This document shows positions 32,747 to 43,369 of a stretch of DNA of 64,000 nucleotides, piece by piece; position 1 is the first letter of the stretch, and every line of letters starts with the position of its first letter. The notes below the pieces were generated by a model. That model did not search any database, was not told the origin of the DNA, and was given only the letters and a program-made list of their open reading frames with translations. Source of the DNA: an uncultured Verrucomicrobiae bacterium (GTDB taxonomy: Bacteria > Verrucomicrobiota > Verrucomicrobiia > Chthoniobacterales > UBA10450); assembly GCA_963726745.1 (NCBI GenBank), contig CAVSDR010000006.1:32001-96000 (forward strand), given 5' to 3'. Position numbers and translations under genes: made by a program.

Positions 32747-33367
32747 ATGCCCGCGACCGCTGAACTTTCCACCGACCGTCGCGCGCAAATTCTCGCCGCG
32801 GCCATGAAATGCTTTTCCCTGCGCGGCTTTCACCAGACGAGCATGCTCGACCTGAGCGCCGAGGCCGGGATCAGCGTCGGCCTGATCTATCGCTACTTCG
32901 CGAGCAAGGAAGCCGTCATCGCCGCGATGGCGGAGGAGCACAAACGCGAGTTCGAGGAGTTGTTCGAGCGCGCCCAGACCGCGCCCACGGTGCTCGATTC
33001 GCTGGAAATTCTGCTCACCTCGCATTGCACCAAGGGCACCCCGCAAATGCACGCCGCTTTCGTGATCGACCTTTTCGCCGAAGCCGGGCGCAATCCGGCG
33101 ATCGCCGCTTCCGTGGGCGGAGTCCTCGAGACGCTCCGCCGCGGGATGACCGGGCTGGTCAGTCGCGTGCCGGAAATGCGCACTGCCGCCCACGGCCTGG
33201 AGCCGTCGGAAATTGCCGACCTCATCCTCGCGACCGCGCGCGGCTCGATGATGCGCGACGTGCTCGAGCGGCAAAACATCACGCTCGAAGAATGCCGGCA
33301 CCGGCAGCTGCGCGTCGTGCGCCATCTCTGGACGCTCCTCGCCCCGCCGCAGCCGGCTTTCGCCTAA
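32747..33367 (+). CDS. TetR/AcrR family transcriptional regulator
   Basis: RRAQILAAAMKCF..RGFHQTS...AGISVGLIYRYFASKE HTH. Confidence 0.92.
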   Translation: MPATAELSTDRRAQILAAAMKCFSLRGFHQTSMLDLSAEAGISVGLIYRYFASKEAVIAAMAEEHKREFEELFERAQTAPTVLDSLEILLTSHCTKGTPQMHAAFVIDLFAEAGRNPAIAASVGGVLETLRRGMTGLVSRVPEMRTAAHGLEPSEIADLILATARGSMMRDVLERQNITLEECRHRQLRVVRHLWTLLAPPQPAFA

Positions 33368-33381
33368 CGAATCTTTTTTTT

Positions 33382-34565
33382 ATGCACGCCACCGCTTCCC
33401 CCGCCACTGACCTCCGCTCGCGCTCCGCGAAATGGACCGTGTTCAAGGTCGTGCTCGGGCTCCTCGCCATCTTCCTCCTCATCGCCGGGATCAAGGCCTC
33501 GCAAATCATGGCCATGATCAAAGGCGGCAAAGCCATGCAAGGCGATCGATGCCGCCGACCACGGTCACGAGCGCGACGGTCATGCAGGGCGATTGGGCGC
33601 CGATGTTGACCGCCGTCGGCTCGATCGCGCCGGTGCAGGGCGCCACGATCAGCGCGGAGCTTCCCGGGATGGTCAGCGAAATCTTGTTTGAATCGGGACG
33701 GCCGGTGAAGAAAGGCGACCTCCTGGTGAAGCTGGACGCGTCGGCCGAGCAGGCGCAATTGCGCTCCGCGCAGGCCGACCTCGACCTGGCCAAGGCCGAC
33801 TTTGAGCGCGCTCGCGGCCTGAGCGAGGGCCGGGTGATCTCGAAAGCGGAATTCGATGCGGCCGCGGCGAAACTTTCTCAGCGCCAGGCGGCGCTCGACA
33901 ACATCCAGTCGGTGATCAACAAAAAGGAAATTCGCGCGCCCTTCGACGGCATCGCCGGCATTCGCGAGGTGAATCCCGGCCAGATGGTGCCCGCCGGGCA
34001 AAAGATCGTCACGCTGCAAGCGCTCGACCAGGTCTTCGCGGACTTCGCCTTGCCGCAGCAGGATCTCGGTTCCGTGCAGCCCGGCCTGCCAGTCGTGGTT
34101 ACGACCGATGCGATCGAAGGCCGGGAATTTAACGGCAAGATCAGCGCGATTAACTCCGCGATCGACACGGCCACGCGCACCGTGCCGGTGCAGGCGCTGC
34201 TCGACAATGCCGACCACGCGCTCCGCGCGGGCATGTTCGCGCGCGTGCGCGTCGTCTTGCCGCAAAAGGCGCCCACGCTCTTCATCCCGCAGACTGCGGT
34301 GGCCTACGCGCCCTACGGCAACTCCGTTTACGTGATTGAAAAAAAGGCGGACGAAAAGACGGGCAAGGAAGCGCTCACGATCCGCCAGCAATTTATCCGC
34401 ACCGGCGAAACGCGCGGCGATTTTGTAGCCGTGACCGAAGGCTTGAAGGAAGGCGACCAGGTCGTGAGCACCGGCGTCTTCAAGCTCCGCAATGGCGCCG
34501 CCGTCGCGATCGACAACAAGCTTGCGCCGGAGAACAACCTCGCGCCGAAGCCGCCGAATACCTGA
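33382..34565 (+). CDS. RND efflux periplasmic adaptor subunit; apparent frameshift near 33545
   Basis: N-terminal TM in one frame; VKKGDLLVKLD, IRAPFDGIAG, LRAGMFARV, GLKEGDQVV in the next. Confidence 0.9.
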
Positions 34566-34568
34566 AGC

Positions 34569-37500
34569 GTGAAGACGTTTACCGATCTCTTCATTCGCCG
34601 GCCGGTGCTCGCACTGGTCGTTAGTCTGGTGATCATCATCGCCGGGGTGCAGGCGCTTTCCTCCCTCAACGTCCGGCAGTATCCGCGCAGCGACATCGCC
34701 TCGGTCACGGTTACGACCGCCTACGTCGGCGCGAGCGCGGAACTGGTGCGCGGCTTCATCACCACCCCGCTGGAGCGCGCGATCGCGGCCGCGGATGGAA
34801 TCGATTACCTCTCGTCGCAAAGCTCGCAGAGCGTCTCCACGATCACCGCGCGGCTGAAGCTGAATTACGATTCCAACAAAGCGCTGGCTGAGATCAGCTC
34901 GAAGGTAAACCAGGTCCGCGGCGATCTCCCGCCGGAAGCCGAGATCCCGGTGATCAACATCGAGTCGTCGGATTCGCAGTTCGCCTCCGCTTATCTCAGC
35001 TTCACCTCCGATCTGCTGCAGGCGAACGAGATCACCGATTACCTCAACCGCATCGTCCAGCCGCGCCTGACTGCGATCGCGGGCGTGCAACGCGCGGAAA
35101 TCCTCGGCGGCCGCACTTTCGCGATGCGCATTTGGCTCAAGCCCGACCGCATGGCGGCGCTCAACGTCAGCCCGGCGCAGGTGCGCAAAGCGCTGGGAAA
35201 TAATAATTACCTTGCCGCCCTCGGCCGCACCAAGGGCGCGCTGGTGCAGGTTGACCTCACGGCCAACACCGACCTGCACACGGTCGAGGATTTCAAGAAT
35301 CTCGTCGTGCGCGAGGAAGCCGGCGCGCTCGTCCGCATCGGCGACATCGCCGACGTCGTCCTGGGCGCGGAGGATTACAACTCCGAGGTCCGCTTCTCCG
35401 GGCAGCGCGCGGTCTTCATGGGCATCTTCGTGCTCCCGAATGCGAACGCGATCGACGTGGTCGCCCGCGTGCGCACGGAAATGGAGCAGATTCAGAAGGA
35501 ACTGCCGACCGGCATGAACGGCCGCATCGCCTACGACGGCACGGCCTACATCAACACCGCGATCAAGGACGTCTACCAGACGCTCGGCGAAACCTTGCTC
35601 ATCGTCTGCGTGGTCATCTTCCTCTTCCTGGGCTCATGGCGCTCCGCGATCATCCCGGTAATCGCGATTCCAATCTCGCTCATCGGCGCGGTTTTCCTGA
35701 TGCAGGTCTTCGGGTTCACGATCAATCTGCTCACGCTCCTCGCGGTCGTGCTCTCGGTCGGTCTGGTGGTCGATGACGCCATCGTCGTGGTGGAAAATGT
35801 CGAGCGCCATCTGCGCGATGGCTTGAGCTCGATCAACGCCGCTCTACTCGGCGCGCGCGAGCTCGTCGGACCGATCATTGCGATGACGATCACCCTCGCC
35901 GCGGTCTACGTGCCGATCGGGATCCAGGGCGGATTAACCGGCACTTTGTTCCGCGAATTTGCCTTTACCCTCGCCGGCGCGGTGACCATTTCCGGCGTGG
36001 TTGCGCTTACGCTTTCGCCGGTGATGACGGCAAAATTCCTCCGCCCAGGCGACGCCGAGCGCGGCTTCGCCCTGCGCGTAAATCGCGTCTTCGATCGCGT
36101 GCGCGATTGGTATGGCCGCAAGGTCGACGCCACCCTGCGTGTGCGGCCGGCGGTCTATACCGCGTGGATCGGGCTCTCGCTCATCGCGGTGATCATGTTC
36201 CTCCTCATGCCGAGCTTTGCTTCCAAAGAGCTCGCGCCCACCGAGGATCAGGGCGTCATTTTCGGCATCGTTCAAGCCTCCTCGAACGCCACGATCGAGC
36301 AGACTGCGGCGTTTGCGGATGCGGCCAATTCCGTTTTCCAGAGTTTCCCGGAGACCGCTTTCACTTTTCAAATCACCAGCCCGAGCGGTGGATTTGGCGG
36401 CATGGTCTTGAAACCATGGGACCAACGCAACCGCACCGCCTTCGAACTCCGGCCGCTGGTGCAGCAAAAACTCGGCAGCATCCCGGGGATCGAACTTTTC
36501 CCGATCATGCCTCCCGCTCTTCCCGGCGGCGGCAACTTTGGCGTCGAGTTCGTTATCCTCTCAACCGAGGAACCGGAGCGGATGGTCGAGCTCGCAAAGA
36601 AGCTCGAGGAAAAAGCGATGCAGGCCGGATTCTTCTTCACCACCATCGACACCAAGATCGACCAGCCCCAGGCCGAGGTGGTGATCGACCACGACAAGGT
36701 CGCCGCGCTTGGGCTCAACCTGCAGCAAATCGGCGCCGACATCTCCGCGATGTTTGGCGGCAATTTCGTTAACCGCTTCAACATTTCCGGCCGGGCCTAC
36801 AAGGTCATCCCGCAGGTCGAGCGAATCGAGCGCTTGAACCCCGATCAGCTCAAGGACATCTACGTCACCGGACCGAACGATCAGCTCATCCCCTTGAGCA
36901 CCGTCGCGAAGATCGAGAAGAAAACCGTCCCGCGTTCCCTTAGCCGCTTCAAGCAACTCAACGCGGTTACGATCAGCGGCGCCTCGCGCCTTCCGCTCGA
37001 CCAGGCGCTCAAGCTTTTCGAGGACGAAGCCGCGCGCATTTTGCCGAAGGGTTACTCGATTGATTACAAAGGCGAATCCCGCCAGCTCCGCGTCGAGGGC
37101 GACAAGTTCCTGCCCGCTTTCGGCCTCGCGGTCGTGCTGATTTTCCTCGTGCTCGCGGCGCAGTTTAACAGCTTCCGCGATCCGCTCATCATCCTTGCCG
37201 GCTCGGTCCCGCTGGCGCTCTTCGGCGCGATGATTTTCATGTTCCTGAAGCTGCCCAACCCGAACATGAAGTTTTTTACCGACAGCTTCACCACCACCTT
37301 CAACATCTACTCGCAGGTCGGCCTGGTCACCCTCGTCGGCCTGATCTCGAAGAACGCGATCTTGATCGTGGAATTTGCCAACCACTTGCAGGAGCAGGGT
37401 CGCACCAAGATCCAGGCGGTCGCCGAAGCTTCGCGCATTCGCTTGCGGCCGGTGCTCATGACCACCATCGCGACCGTCGCCGGTCACATGCCGTTGGTCT

Positions 37501-37724
37501 TCGTCACCGGCGCAGGCGCGAAGGCGCGTAATTCGATAGGCTTGGTTTTGGTCGGCGGCATGACCATCGGCACGCTCTTCACCCTCTTTATCGTCCCCTC
37601 GCTTTACGTCCTGATCGCGAAACAGCATCAAGCTGACGAACTCGGGACCGATCTCGATGGCGATAATGTAGGCGATGCGCAATCGCTCCCGGAATTCGCC
37701 CTGGCGAACAACGGCCGCGCCTAA
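34569..37724 (+). CDS. RND efflux transporter permease (MexI/MexW-like)
   Basis: FIRRPVLA, GLVVDDAIVVVENVER, GLISKNAILIVEFAN, RLRPVLMT. Confidence 0.95.
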   Translation: MKTFTDLFIRRPVLALVVSLVIIIAGVQALSSLNVRQYPRSDIASVTVTTAYVGASAELVRGFITTPLERAIAAADGIDYLSSQSSQSVSTITARLKLNYDSNKALAEISSKVNQVRGDLPPEAEIPVINIESSDSQFASAYLSFTSDLLQANEITDYLNRIVQPRLTAIAGVQRAEILGGRTFAMRIWLKPDRMAALNVSPAQVRKALGNNNYLAALGRTKGALVQVDLTANTDLHTVEDFKNLVVREEAGALVRIGDIADVVLGAEDYNSEVRFSGQRAVFMGIFVLPNANAIDVVARVRTEMEQIQKELPTGMNGRIAYDGTAYINTAIKDVYQTLGETLLIVCVVIFLFLGSWRSAIIPVIAIPISLIGAVFLMQVFGFTINLLTLLAVVLSVGLVVDDAIVVVENVERHLRDGLSSINAALLGARELVGPIIAMTITLAAVYVPIGIQGGLTGTLFREFAFTLAGAVTISGVVALTLSPVMTAKFLRPGDAERGFALRVNRVFDRVRDWYGRKVDATLRVRPAVYTAWIGLSLIAVIMFLLMPSFASKELAPTEDQGVIFGIVQASSNATIEQTAAFADAANSVFQSFPETAFTFQITSPSGGFGGMVLKPWDQRNRTAFELRPLVQQKLGSIPGIELFPIMPPALPGGGNFGVEFVILSTEEPERMVELAKKLEEKAMQAGFFFTTIDTKIDQPQAEVVIDHDKVAALGLNLQQIGADISAMFGGNFVNRFNISGRAYKVIPQVERIERLNPDQLKDIYVTGPNDQLIPLSTVAKIEKKTVPRSLSRFKQLNAVTISGASRLPLDQALKLFEDEAARILPKGYSIDYKGESRQLRVEGDKFLPAFGLAVVLIFLVLAAQFNSFRDPLIILAGSVPLALFGAMIFMFLKLPNPNMKFFTDSFTTTFNIYSQVGLVTLVGLISKNAILIVEFANHLQEQGRTKIQAVAEASRIRLRPVLMTTIATVAGHMPLVFVTGAGAKARNSIGLVLVGGMTIGTLFTLFIVPSLYVLIAKQHQADELGTDLDGDNVGDAQSLPEFALANNGRA

Positions 37725-38677
37725 CGAGTCCTTCCCGCGGGCAGTTCCACTTCCGTCCGCTTTACCGCGATCGCGTGTGAGCTCGGCTTTCCGCCAGCGC
37801 CGAAACGGTTCGCGTAAACCTGGGTAAACTCCGCGCCGAAGAGCAGGATCTGCGACGAGTAGTAGATCCAAAGCAAGAGCGTCACCAACGAGCTCGCCGC
37901 GCCGTAAGCCGAGCCGGCGGCGCCGCTCCCGAGATAGAGCCCGAGGGCCCACTTGCCCACGAGGAAGAGCAGCGCCGTCATCGTTGCGCCCACGATCACA
38001 TCCCGCCAGCGCACTTCCACATCGGGCAGATATTTGAACATCGCCGCGAAAAGGAAGACCACGATCCCGAGGTCAACCAGCAGGTAGATCGAGAGCGTGA
38101 CGACCACACCGCCGGGAAAGGTTTGCTCGAGGTAATGGCTCAAGCCCTTTAAGACCGCTTCAATAACCAGCGAGATCAGGAGGAGAAAACAAACGCCCGC
38201 GACCATCGCAAACGAGAGAAAGCGCCCCCGCAAAAAGGTCCCGAGCGCGCCGCCCGGCTTCGCTTTCACGCCCCAGATGGTGTTCAGCGCTTCTTGCAAT
38301 TGCCCGAAGACGCCGCTCGCGCCGAAGAGCGCCAGCGCGATCCCGATGATCGTGGCCCATCTTCCGCTGGCCGGTTTTGCGGCCGTGGCTGCGATGTCCT
38401 GGATCACCTTCACCCCGCTCGGATCGAGCACATTTCGCATCTGCTCCGTGATCCGCTCCCACGCGCCCGCGGGATCGTTCCGGAAGACCAGGCCCACGAT
38501 CGCGAGCAACACCAGGATCAGCGGCGCGAGCGAGAAGACGCTGTAGTAGGCCAGGGCCGCGCCGAGTTGCGGGGCTTTATCCTCGAGCCATTCGTTAAAG
38601 GTCTGCCGCAGCATGCTCCAGAGATGGCGCGGGCTGATCGTGCTCAAGAAGGAAGGCTCGGGTTTCGTTGGGTTCAC
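37721..38677 (-). CDS. YihY/virulence factor BrkB family membrane protein
   Basis: GAALAYYSVFSLAP, LNTIWGV, YGAASS, WIYYSSQILLFGAEF. Confidence 0.92.
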   Translation of the reverse strand: MNPTKPEPSFLSTISPRHLWSMLRQTFNEWLEDKAPQLGAALAYYSVFSLAPLILVLLAIVGLVFRNDPAGAWERITEQMRNVLDPSGVKVIQDIAATAAKPASGRWATIIGIALALFGASGVFGQLQEALNTIWGVKAKPGGALGTFLRGRFLSFAMVAGVCFLLLISLVIEAVLKGLSHYLEQTFPGGVVVTLSIYLLVDLGIVVFLFAAMFKYLPDVEVRWRDVIVGATMTALLFLVGKWALGLYLGSGAAGSAYGAASSLVTLLLWIYYSSQILLFGAEFTQVYANRFGAGGKPSSHAIAVKRTEVELPAGRTR

Positions 38678-38753
38678 TTCTTTGATTCGTCCGCGCGCGC
38701 GCCGGAGGATGCGGAATGCACCCGCCGGGGTGGTCCGGGACGTTTCTCCACAC

Positions 38754-38985
38754 GTGGAATGGATCGAACACCTGCAATGGCCCGCGATGGCCGCGACTTT
38801 ACTCTCCGCCTGGCTCGTCGCCTCGCAGTCGAAAACGAAGCGGCGCTGGGGCTTCTGGATCTTTTCTGTTGAGCAATGCGCTTTGGGTTGCCTGGGGCCT
38901 GCACGATCACGCCTACGCGCTCATCGTCCTCCAGGTCGGCCTCGCCTTCCTTAACATCCGCGGCGTCGCGAAGAACGAGACCTAA
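38754..38985 (+). CDS. Small membrane protein; apparent frameshift near 38863
   Basis: LQWPAMAATLLSAWLVAS...RWGFWIF joins LSNALWVAWGLHDHAYALIVLQ in the adjacent frame. Confidence 0.65.
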
Positions 38986-40100
38986 CCGCGCGCGTAGATC
39001 GCCTCGTAAAGCGGCACAATTCGCTCCGCGGAAAAATGTGCCGCCGCGTGCGCCTGCCCCGCAGCGCCCATCGCCCGCGCGCGCTCTGGGGAATTAGCCA
39101 GCAAGCTCAGCGAGCGCGCCATCGGCTCGATGTCGCCTAACGAATGCAGGAAGCCGGTCGTCCCGTCCTGCATCACCTCGGGAATGCCGCCGACACGGAA
39201 GGCCACCACCGGCTTCGCGTAAAACATCGTCTCCAGGATACTCAAGCCAAAGCTCTCGCTCTCCGAGGTGTAAAGCCCGGCATCCGCGGCCGCGAGATAC
39301 TCTTCCACTTCCAGCACATTCTCCCGCACCAACAACGCCGCGCGCAGCCCCAACTCGTCGGCTAACGACTGGTAGGGCGCGAAGGAACCGCCCGCGAGAA
39401 CGAGCAGCCGCATCGGCGTTTCCTGCCGGGCCGCGGCGAAGACGCGCAGGAGCAGATCGATACGCTTCGGCGCCCGCAAATTGGAAACGTGCGTGACCAG
39501 GAATTCCCCTGGCCCGACACCCAACTCCGCGCGGACCGCGGCCGCGCTCCGGCGCGGCACCGTCGGCACGAAGAAATTCGGGATTACCTCCACCGGTTTC
39601 TGGAGGTCGAATGTGGTCAGCGTTTCCCTCCGCAAATCTTCCGAGACGGTCGTGATCGTGTCCGATTCCGTGAGCGCGTGCTCGATCGCCTCGCGATAAC
39701 TCGGGTCCTGCCCCAGCAGTGTCGTGTCCGTGCCGTGAAGGGTGGTCACGATCCGCGGCCGCTTCGCCGAATGCCGCGCCAGCATCTCGCGCGCAAGGTA
39801 GGCCGCGGTCGCATGCGGCACCGCGTAGTGCGCATGGAAAACATCCAGCCCTTTCTCCCGCGCCACGTGCGCCATCTTCACCGCCAGCGGCAGGGTGTAA
39901 TCGGGATAACGAAAGAGGCTGTACTCATTCACCGTCACCTCATGGAACGAGATCCCCGGCAGCGAGAGATCCAGCCGCACCGGCTTGGACGAGCTGAAGA
40001 AATCCACCTCATGCCCGCGGCGCGCGAGCTCATGCCCCAGCGCCGTCGCCAGGATCCCGCTCCCGCCGATCAGCGGATAACACACGATCCCGATCTTCAT
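38982..40100 (-). CDS. bshA: N-acetyl-alpha-D-glucosaminyl L-malate synthase (GT4)
   Basis: MKIGIVCYP..GGSG..AT.LG, HAHYAVPHA, TTLHGTD, SESESFGLSILE. Confidence 0.92.
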   Translation of the reverse strand: MKIGIVCYPLIGGSGILATALGHELARRGHEVDFFSSSKPVRLDLSLPGISFHEVTVNEYSLFRYPDYTLPLAVKMAHVAREKGLDVFHAHYAVPHATAAYLAREMLARHSAKRPRIVTTLHGTDTTLLGQDPSYREAIEHALTESDTITTVSEDLRRETLTTFDLQKPVEVIPNFFVPTVPRRSAAAVRAELGVGPGEFLVTHVSNLRAPKRIDLLLRVFAAARQETPMRLLVLAGGSFAPYQSLADELGLRAALLVRENVLEVEEYLAAADAGLYTSESESFGLSILETMFYAKPVVAFRVGGIPEVMQDGTTGFLHSLGDIEPMARSLSLLANSPERARAMGAAGQAHAAAHFSAERIVPLYEAIYARG

Positions 40101-40813
40101 CAGTAGAGCCGCACCGTTGCGGGAATCTGCCCGAGATCGGCCACGAGAAAGTCTTCCGCGAGGAAGAGCGCCTGCGCGTATTCCACCCCTGCTTCCGCGC
40201 CGAGTAAACGCGCCCGCGCGGTCTGCAGCTCCACGTAAGCGCGGGTGCGTAACTGCGTCTGGTGGCACTCCATCAATTCGACCCACTTCTCGAAATGCTG
40301 GCTGATGTCCACCCGCACGCGCGCCCCGTCCCGCGGCTCGGCCGACGGCGTGACCGCATACTGAAAATGCTGGCTAATTCCGTGCGGTTCCAGCTCGCGC
40401 AATTCCGCCACGCCGCCGTAACGCGCCAGCCGCGCTGCGTCCCGCGCCAGCGCGCCGACCACTCGATGATCCGGGTGCTGCGCCACCGTGGTCACCGAGC
40501 TGAGCAAGATCTCCGGACGCGCCTGGCGAATCTCGCGCGCCAACCGCAAAGCATTCGCCGCGGTCGTCTCCATTTGCGCATCGCCGCCCAGATCGAGGAA
40601 GCGCATCTCCGCGCCTAACAAGTCCGCCGCCCGCCGCGCCTCCGCCTCCCGCTCGTCCGGCGTCCCGTTGCTCCCCGCTTCCCCGCGCGAGCAGAGACAG
40701 AGCGTGATCACCGTGCCGCGCGCCGCTTCCGCGAGCAGGATGCCGCCGCAAGCAAACTCGAGATCGTCGGGATGCGCGCCAATGGCGAGGAGGCGTTCAG
40801 GTTTCCGGGACAT
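40100..40813 (-). CDS. bshB1: PIG-L family deacetylase, BshB1-like
   Basis: GAHPDDLE, GEAGSNGT..R..EA, HPDH, HQTQ; adjacent to bshA. Confidence 0.85.
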   Translation of the reverse strand: MSRKPERLLAIGAHPDDLEFACGGILLAEAARGTVITLCLCSRGEAGSNGTPDEREAEARRAADLLGAEMRFLDLGGDAQMETTAANALRLAREIRQARPEILLSSVTTVAQHPDHRVVGALARDAARLARYGGVAELRELEPHGISQHFQYAVTPSAEPRDGARVRVDISQHFEKWVELMECHQTQLRTRAYVELQTARARLLGAEAGVEYAQALFLAEDFLVADLGQIPATVRLY

Positions 40814-41568
40814 AGGCGTGGTCGGACTCGTCGATGGAATCGCGCGGGACAAAGGTCACTTCCGGCGTTTCCTCCTGCCGGAGATACTGCATCTCGCCGG
40901 CACCCGCGATGTAATGCGTGCAGTGCACCACCGATTGCATCCAGCGCAGCCGCGTGTCGCGCGTGGGACTGACTTGCGCGCGCGTGAACTCCGCCAACGG
41001 CAACTGCAGGTAAGCGCCGCCGCCCTTGTGCAACCGAAGCGCATCCGGCGCGTGCCGCGCGCGCACGAGCTCGCCCTCGTGCTGGACATCGACAAAATAG
41101 TCGTCCACTTCACAGGCGGCGGCGCGCACTTCCGGATCGCCCGAGCGCAGCACGCGCATCCCCTCGAGCAATCCGAGTCTGCGATACATCTCCAGGCAAA
41201 AATCGGCCACATTCTCCGCCGCCACCGCCTCGAAGTGCGCGAGCAGTTCCGGCCCGACGCATTGCGCCAACTGCGCCCCGAGTTTGCGTTTCGCCTCCGG
41301 CAGCACCCGCTTCGCAAAGAGCGGTGAGAATTGTTTCTGCAGCCGGTTAGCGAAGGTGAAGTTTAGCCGGCGAATCGTCCCGCCCGCGCGCTCGCGCAGG
41401 ATGGTGACCGTCTCGCGCGGGTCGTGGTCGCTGTCGTGGTAAAAGAAGACGATCTCGCCGCCTATTTCCCGCTGAAGCCGGCGGGCGGTTTCCATTTTCG
41501 CGAAAAGAAACCGGCGCGGGAAAATCCCGCACGGTTGCTGCCCGAAGCAGATGATTGGCGAGGCGCAT
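40797..41568 (-). CDS. Compact BshC-like protein (~255 aa); apparent frameshift just after the ATG
   Basis: GQQP (in frame, upstream of the ORF-track start), FFYHDSDHD..E, YIAGAGEMQY and FVPR match BshC motif order; overlaps bshB1. Confidence 0.65.
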
Positions 41569-43250
41569 CAACGAGAAGCGAAGACGGTTTTCTGGAGCAC
41601 GAACGAGAGCCCGCAGACGGCCGCGCAGCCGATGAAGTTGAACCAAAGATAGCCGATATCGCTGGTGTAAAAGAGCAGGAGCACGAGCGCCTGCGAGATC
41701 AGCGCCGCAGTGAAAACTGCCGTCCCTTTGACCGCACGCAAAAAGAACGCGGTCAGGAAAAGGCCCAGGATGCTTCCGTAAAAAATCGAGCCAAGGATGT
41801 TCACCGCCTCGAGCAGGTTCTCCACGAGATTGGCGAAAAGCGCGAAGCCGATCGCGACCAGACCCCAGCCCGCGGTAAGGAATTTCGCCACGTAAAGATA
41901 GTGCCGCTCGCTCGCGCCCGGCCGGATGAGCGGGCGGTAAAAATCGACTTCGGTGGTCGAGCCGAGCGCGTTCAGCTCGCCCGCAGTCGACGACATGGCC
42001 GCGCAGAAAATCACGGCGACGAGCAGCCCGATGACGCCGTGCGGGAGATAGCGCAGGACGAAGGTGATGAAGACGTAGTCCGAGTCTTTCGTGTCGGTGC
42101 GCGCATTGGTTTCCCGAAGCACGCGCTTCACTTCCGCGCGGATCCCCTGCACCTCGTCCTGCGCGCCCCGGACCGCTGCCTGCGCCCCGCGGACGTCTCC
42201 ACTGGTCTGGATTGCACTCGTTAGGCCGCGCACCAGCGTTTGCTTGCGGGCAAAGGCTTCATCGTAGCGCGCCTCGAGCGCCGGCAGGCGGCCAGCGGGA
42301 TCGTTCGCCGCGGCCGCGGCGTAGGCTGGCTGGTTGAAGAAGAGCGGCGGCTTCTCAAACTGGAAGAAGATGAAGACCATCACGCCGATGAAGAGGATGA
42401 AGAATTGCATCGGCACCTTGAGGACCGCGTTAAAGAGCAGCCCGAAACGGCTCCCCGCGACGGAGCCGCCGGCAAGGTAGCGCTGCACCTGCGATTGGTC
42501 CGTGCCGAAGTAGGAAAGGGCGAGGAAGAACCCGCCGAAGAGTCCCGACCAAAAGGTGTAACGGCGGTTCGGGTCGAAGGAAAAATTGACCGCGTCCAGC
42601 TTCCCCATCTTGCCGGCCACGGTCACCGCCTCGGTGAACGAAAGGTCCGGCGGCAGCCGGCGCAGGATCATGAAAAACGCCACCACCATCCCGAAGAGGA
42701 TCACCGCCATCTGCCATTTGCCGGTGATGCTGACCGCCTTGGTCCCGCCGACGGAAGTGTAGAGAACGACGAAAAGGCCCGAAAGCAGGATCGTGAGCTG
42801 GAGGTTCCAGCCGAGAATAGCCGACAAGATGATCGCGGGCGCATAGATCGTGATCCCGGCCGCGAGCCCGCGCTGGACGAGAAAGAGGAACGCGCCCAGC
42901 CGCCGGGTTTTTTGATCGAAACGCTGCCCGAGATACTCGTACGCGGTGACCACCTTGAGCCGGTGGTAAATCGGAATGAAAACCGCGCAGACGACGATGA
43001 GCGCGAAGGGCAGCCCGAAGTAGTTTTGCACGAAACCCATCCCGCTCTCGTAGGCCTGCCCGGGCGTCGAGAGGAAAGTGATCGCGCTTGCCTGCGTGGC
43101 CATGACCGAGAGGCCGATCGTGCCCCAGCGGATGGTTTCATCGCCGTGGAGATAATGCCCGAGATCGTAATCGCGGCGCGTGCGCCAATGCCCGTAGAGC
43201 GCGATCGCGAGAAGCGTGCCGACGAGGACGGCGTAGTCGAGCCAGCTCAC
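41568..43250 (-). CDS. Sodium:solute symporter family protein
   Basis: SVMATQASAITFLSTPG, TAYEYLG.RFD, YFGTDQSQVQRYL, AAMSS. Confidence 0.92.
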   Translation of the reverse strand: MSWLDYAVLVGTLLAIALYGHWRTRRDYDLGHYLHGDETIRWGTIGLSVMATQASAITFLSTPGQAYESGMGFVQNYFGLPFALIVVCAVFIPIYHRLKVVTAYEYLGQRFDQKTRRLGAFLFLVQRGLAAGITIYAPAIILSAILGWNLQLTILLSGLFVVLYTSVGGTKAVSITGKWQMAVILFGMVVAFFMILRRLPPDLSFTEAVTVAGKMGKLDAVNFSFDPNRRYTFWSGLFGGFFLALSYFGTDQSQVQRYLAGGSVAGSRFGLLFNAVLKVPMQFFILFIGVMVFIFFQFEKPPLFFNQPAYAAAAANDPAGRLPALEARYDEAFARKQTLVRGLTSAIQTSGDVRGAQAAVRGAQDEVQGIRAEVKRVLRETNARTDTKDSDYVFITFVLRYLPHGVIGLLVAVIFCAAMSSTAGELNALGSTTEVDFYRPLIRPGASERHYLYVAKFLTAGWGLVAIGFALFANLVENLLEAVNILGSIFYGSILGLFLTAFFLRAVKGTAVFTAALISQALVLLLFYTSDIGYLWFNFIGCAAVCGLSFVLQKTVFASR

Positions 43251-43369
43251 GCGAAGAAATGCTCCAGCGCCCAGAAGAGGAGGACGTCGAGGAAGAAGAC
43301 GAGCACGACCGCGAGGTAGGCCCGCCGCCAGGTGCCAAAGAGCGGCACGCGCTCTTCCTCAGGGGGCAT
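43247..43369 (-). CDS. 40-aa single-TM peptide coupled to the symporter (not in the ORF track)
   Basis: MPPEEERVPLFGTWRRAYLAVVLVFFLDVLLFWALEHFFA*; its TGA overlaps the symporter GTG. Confidence 0.75.
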   Translation of the reverse strand: MPPEEERVPLFGTWRRAYLAVVLVFFLDVLLFWALEHFFA

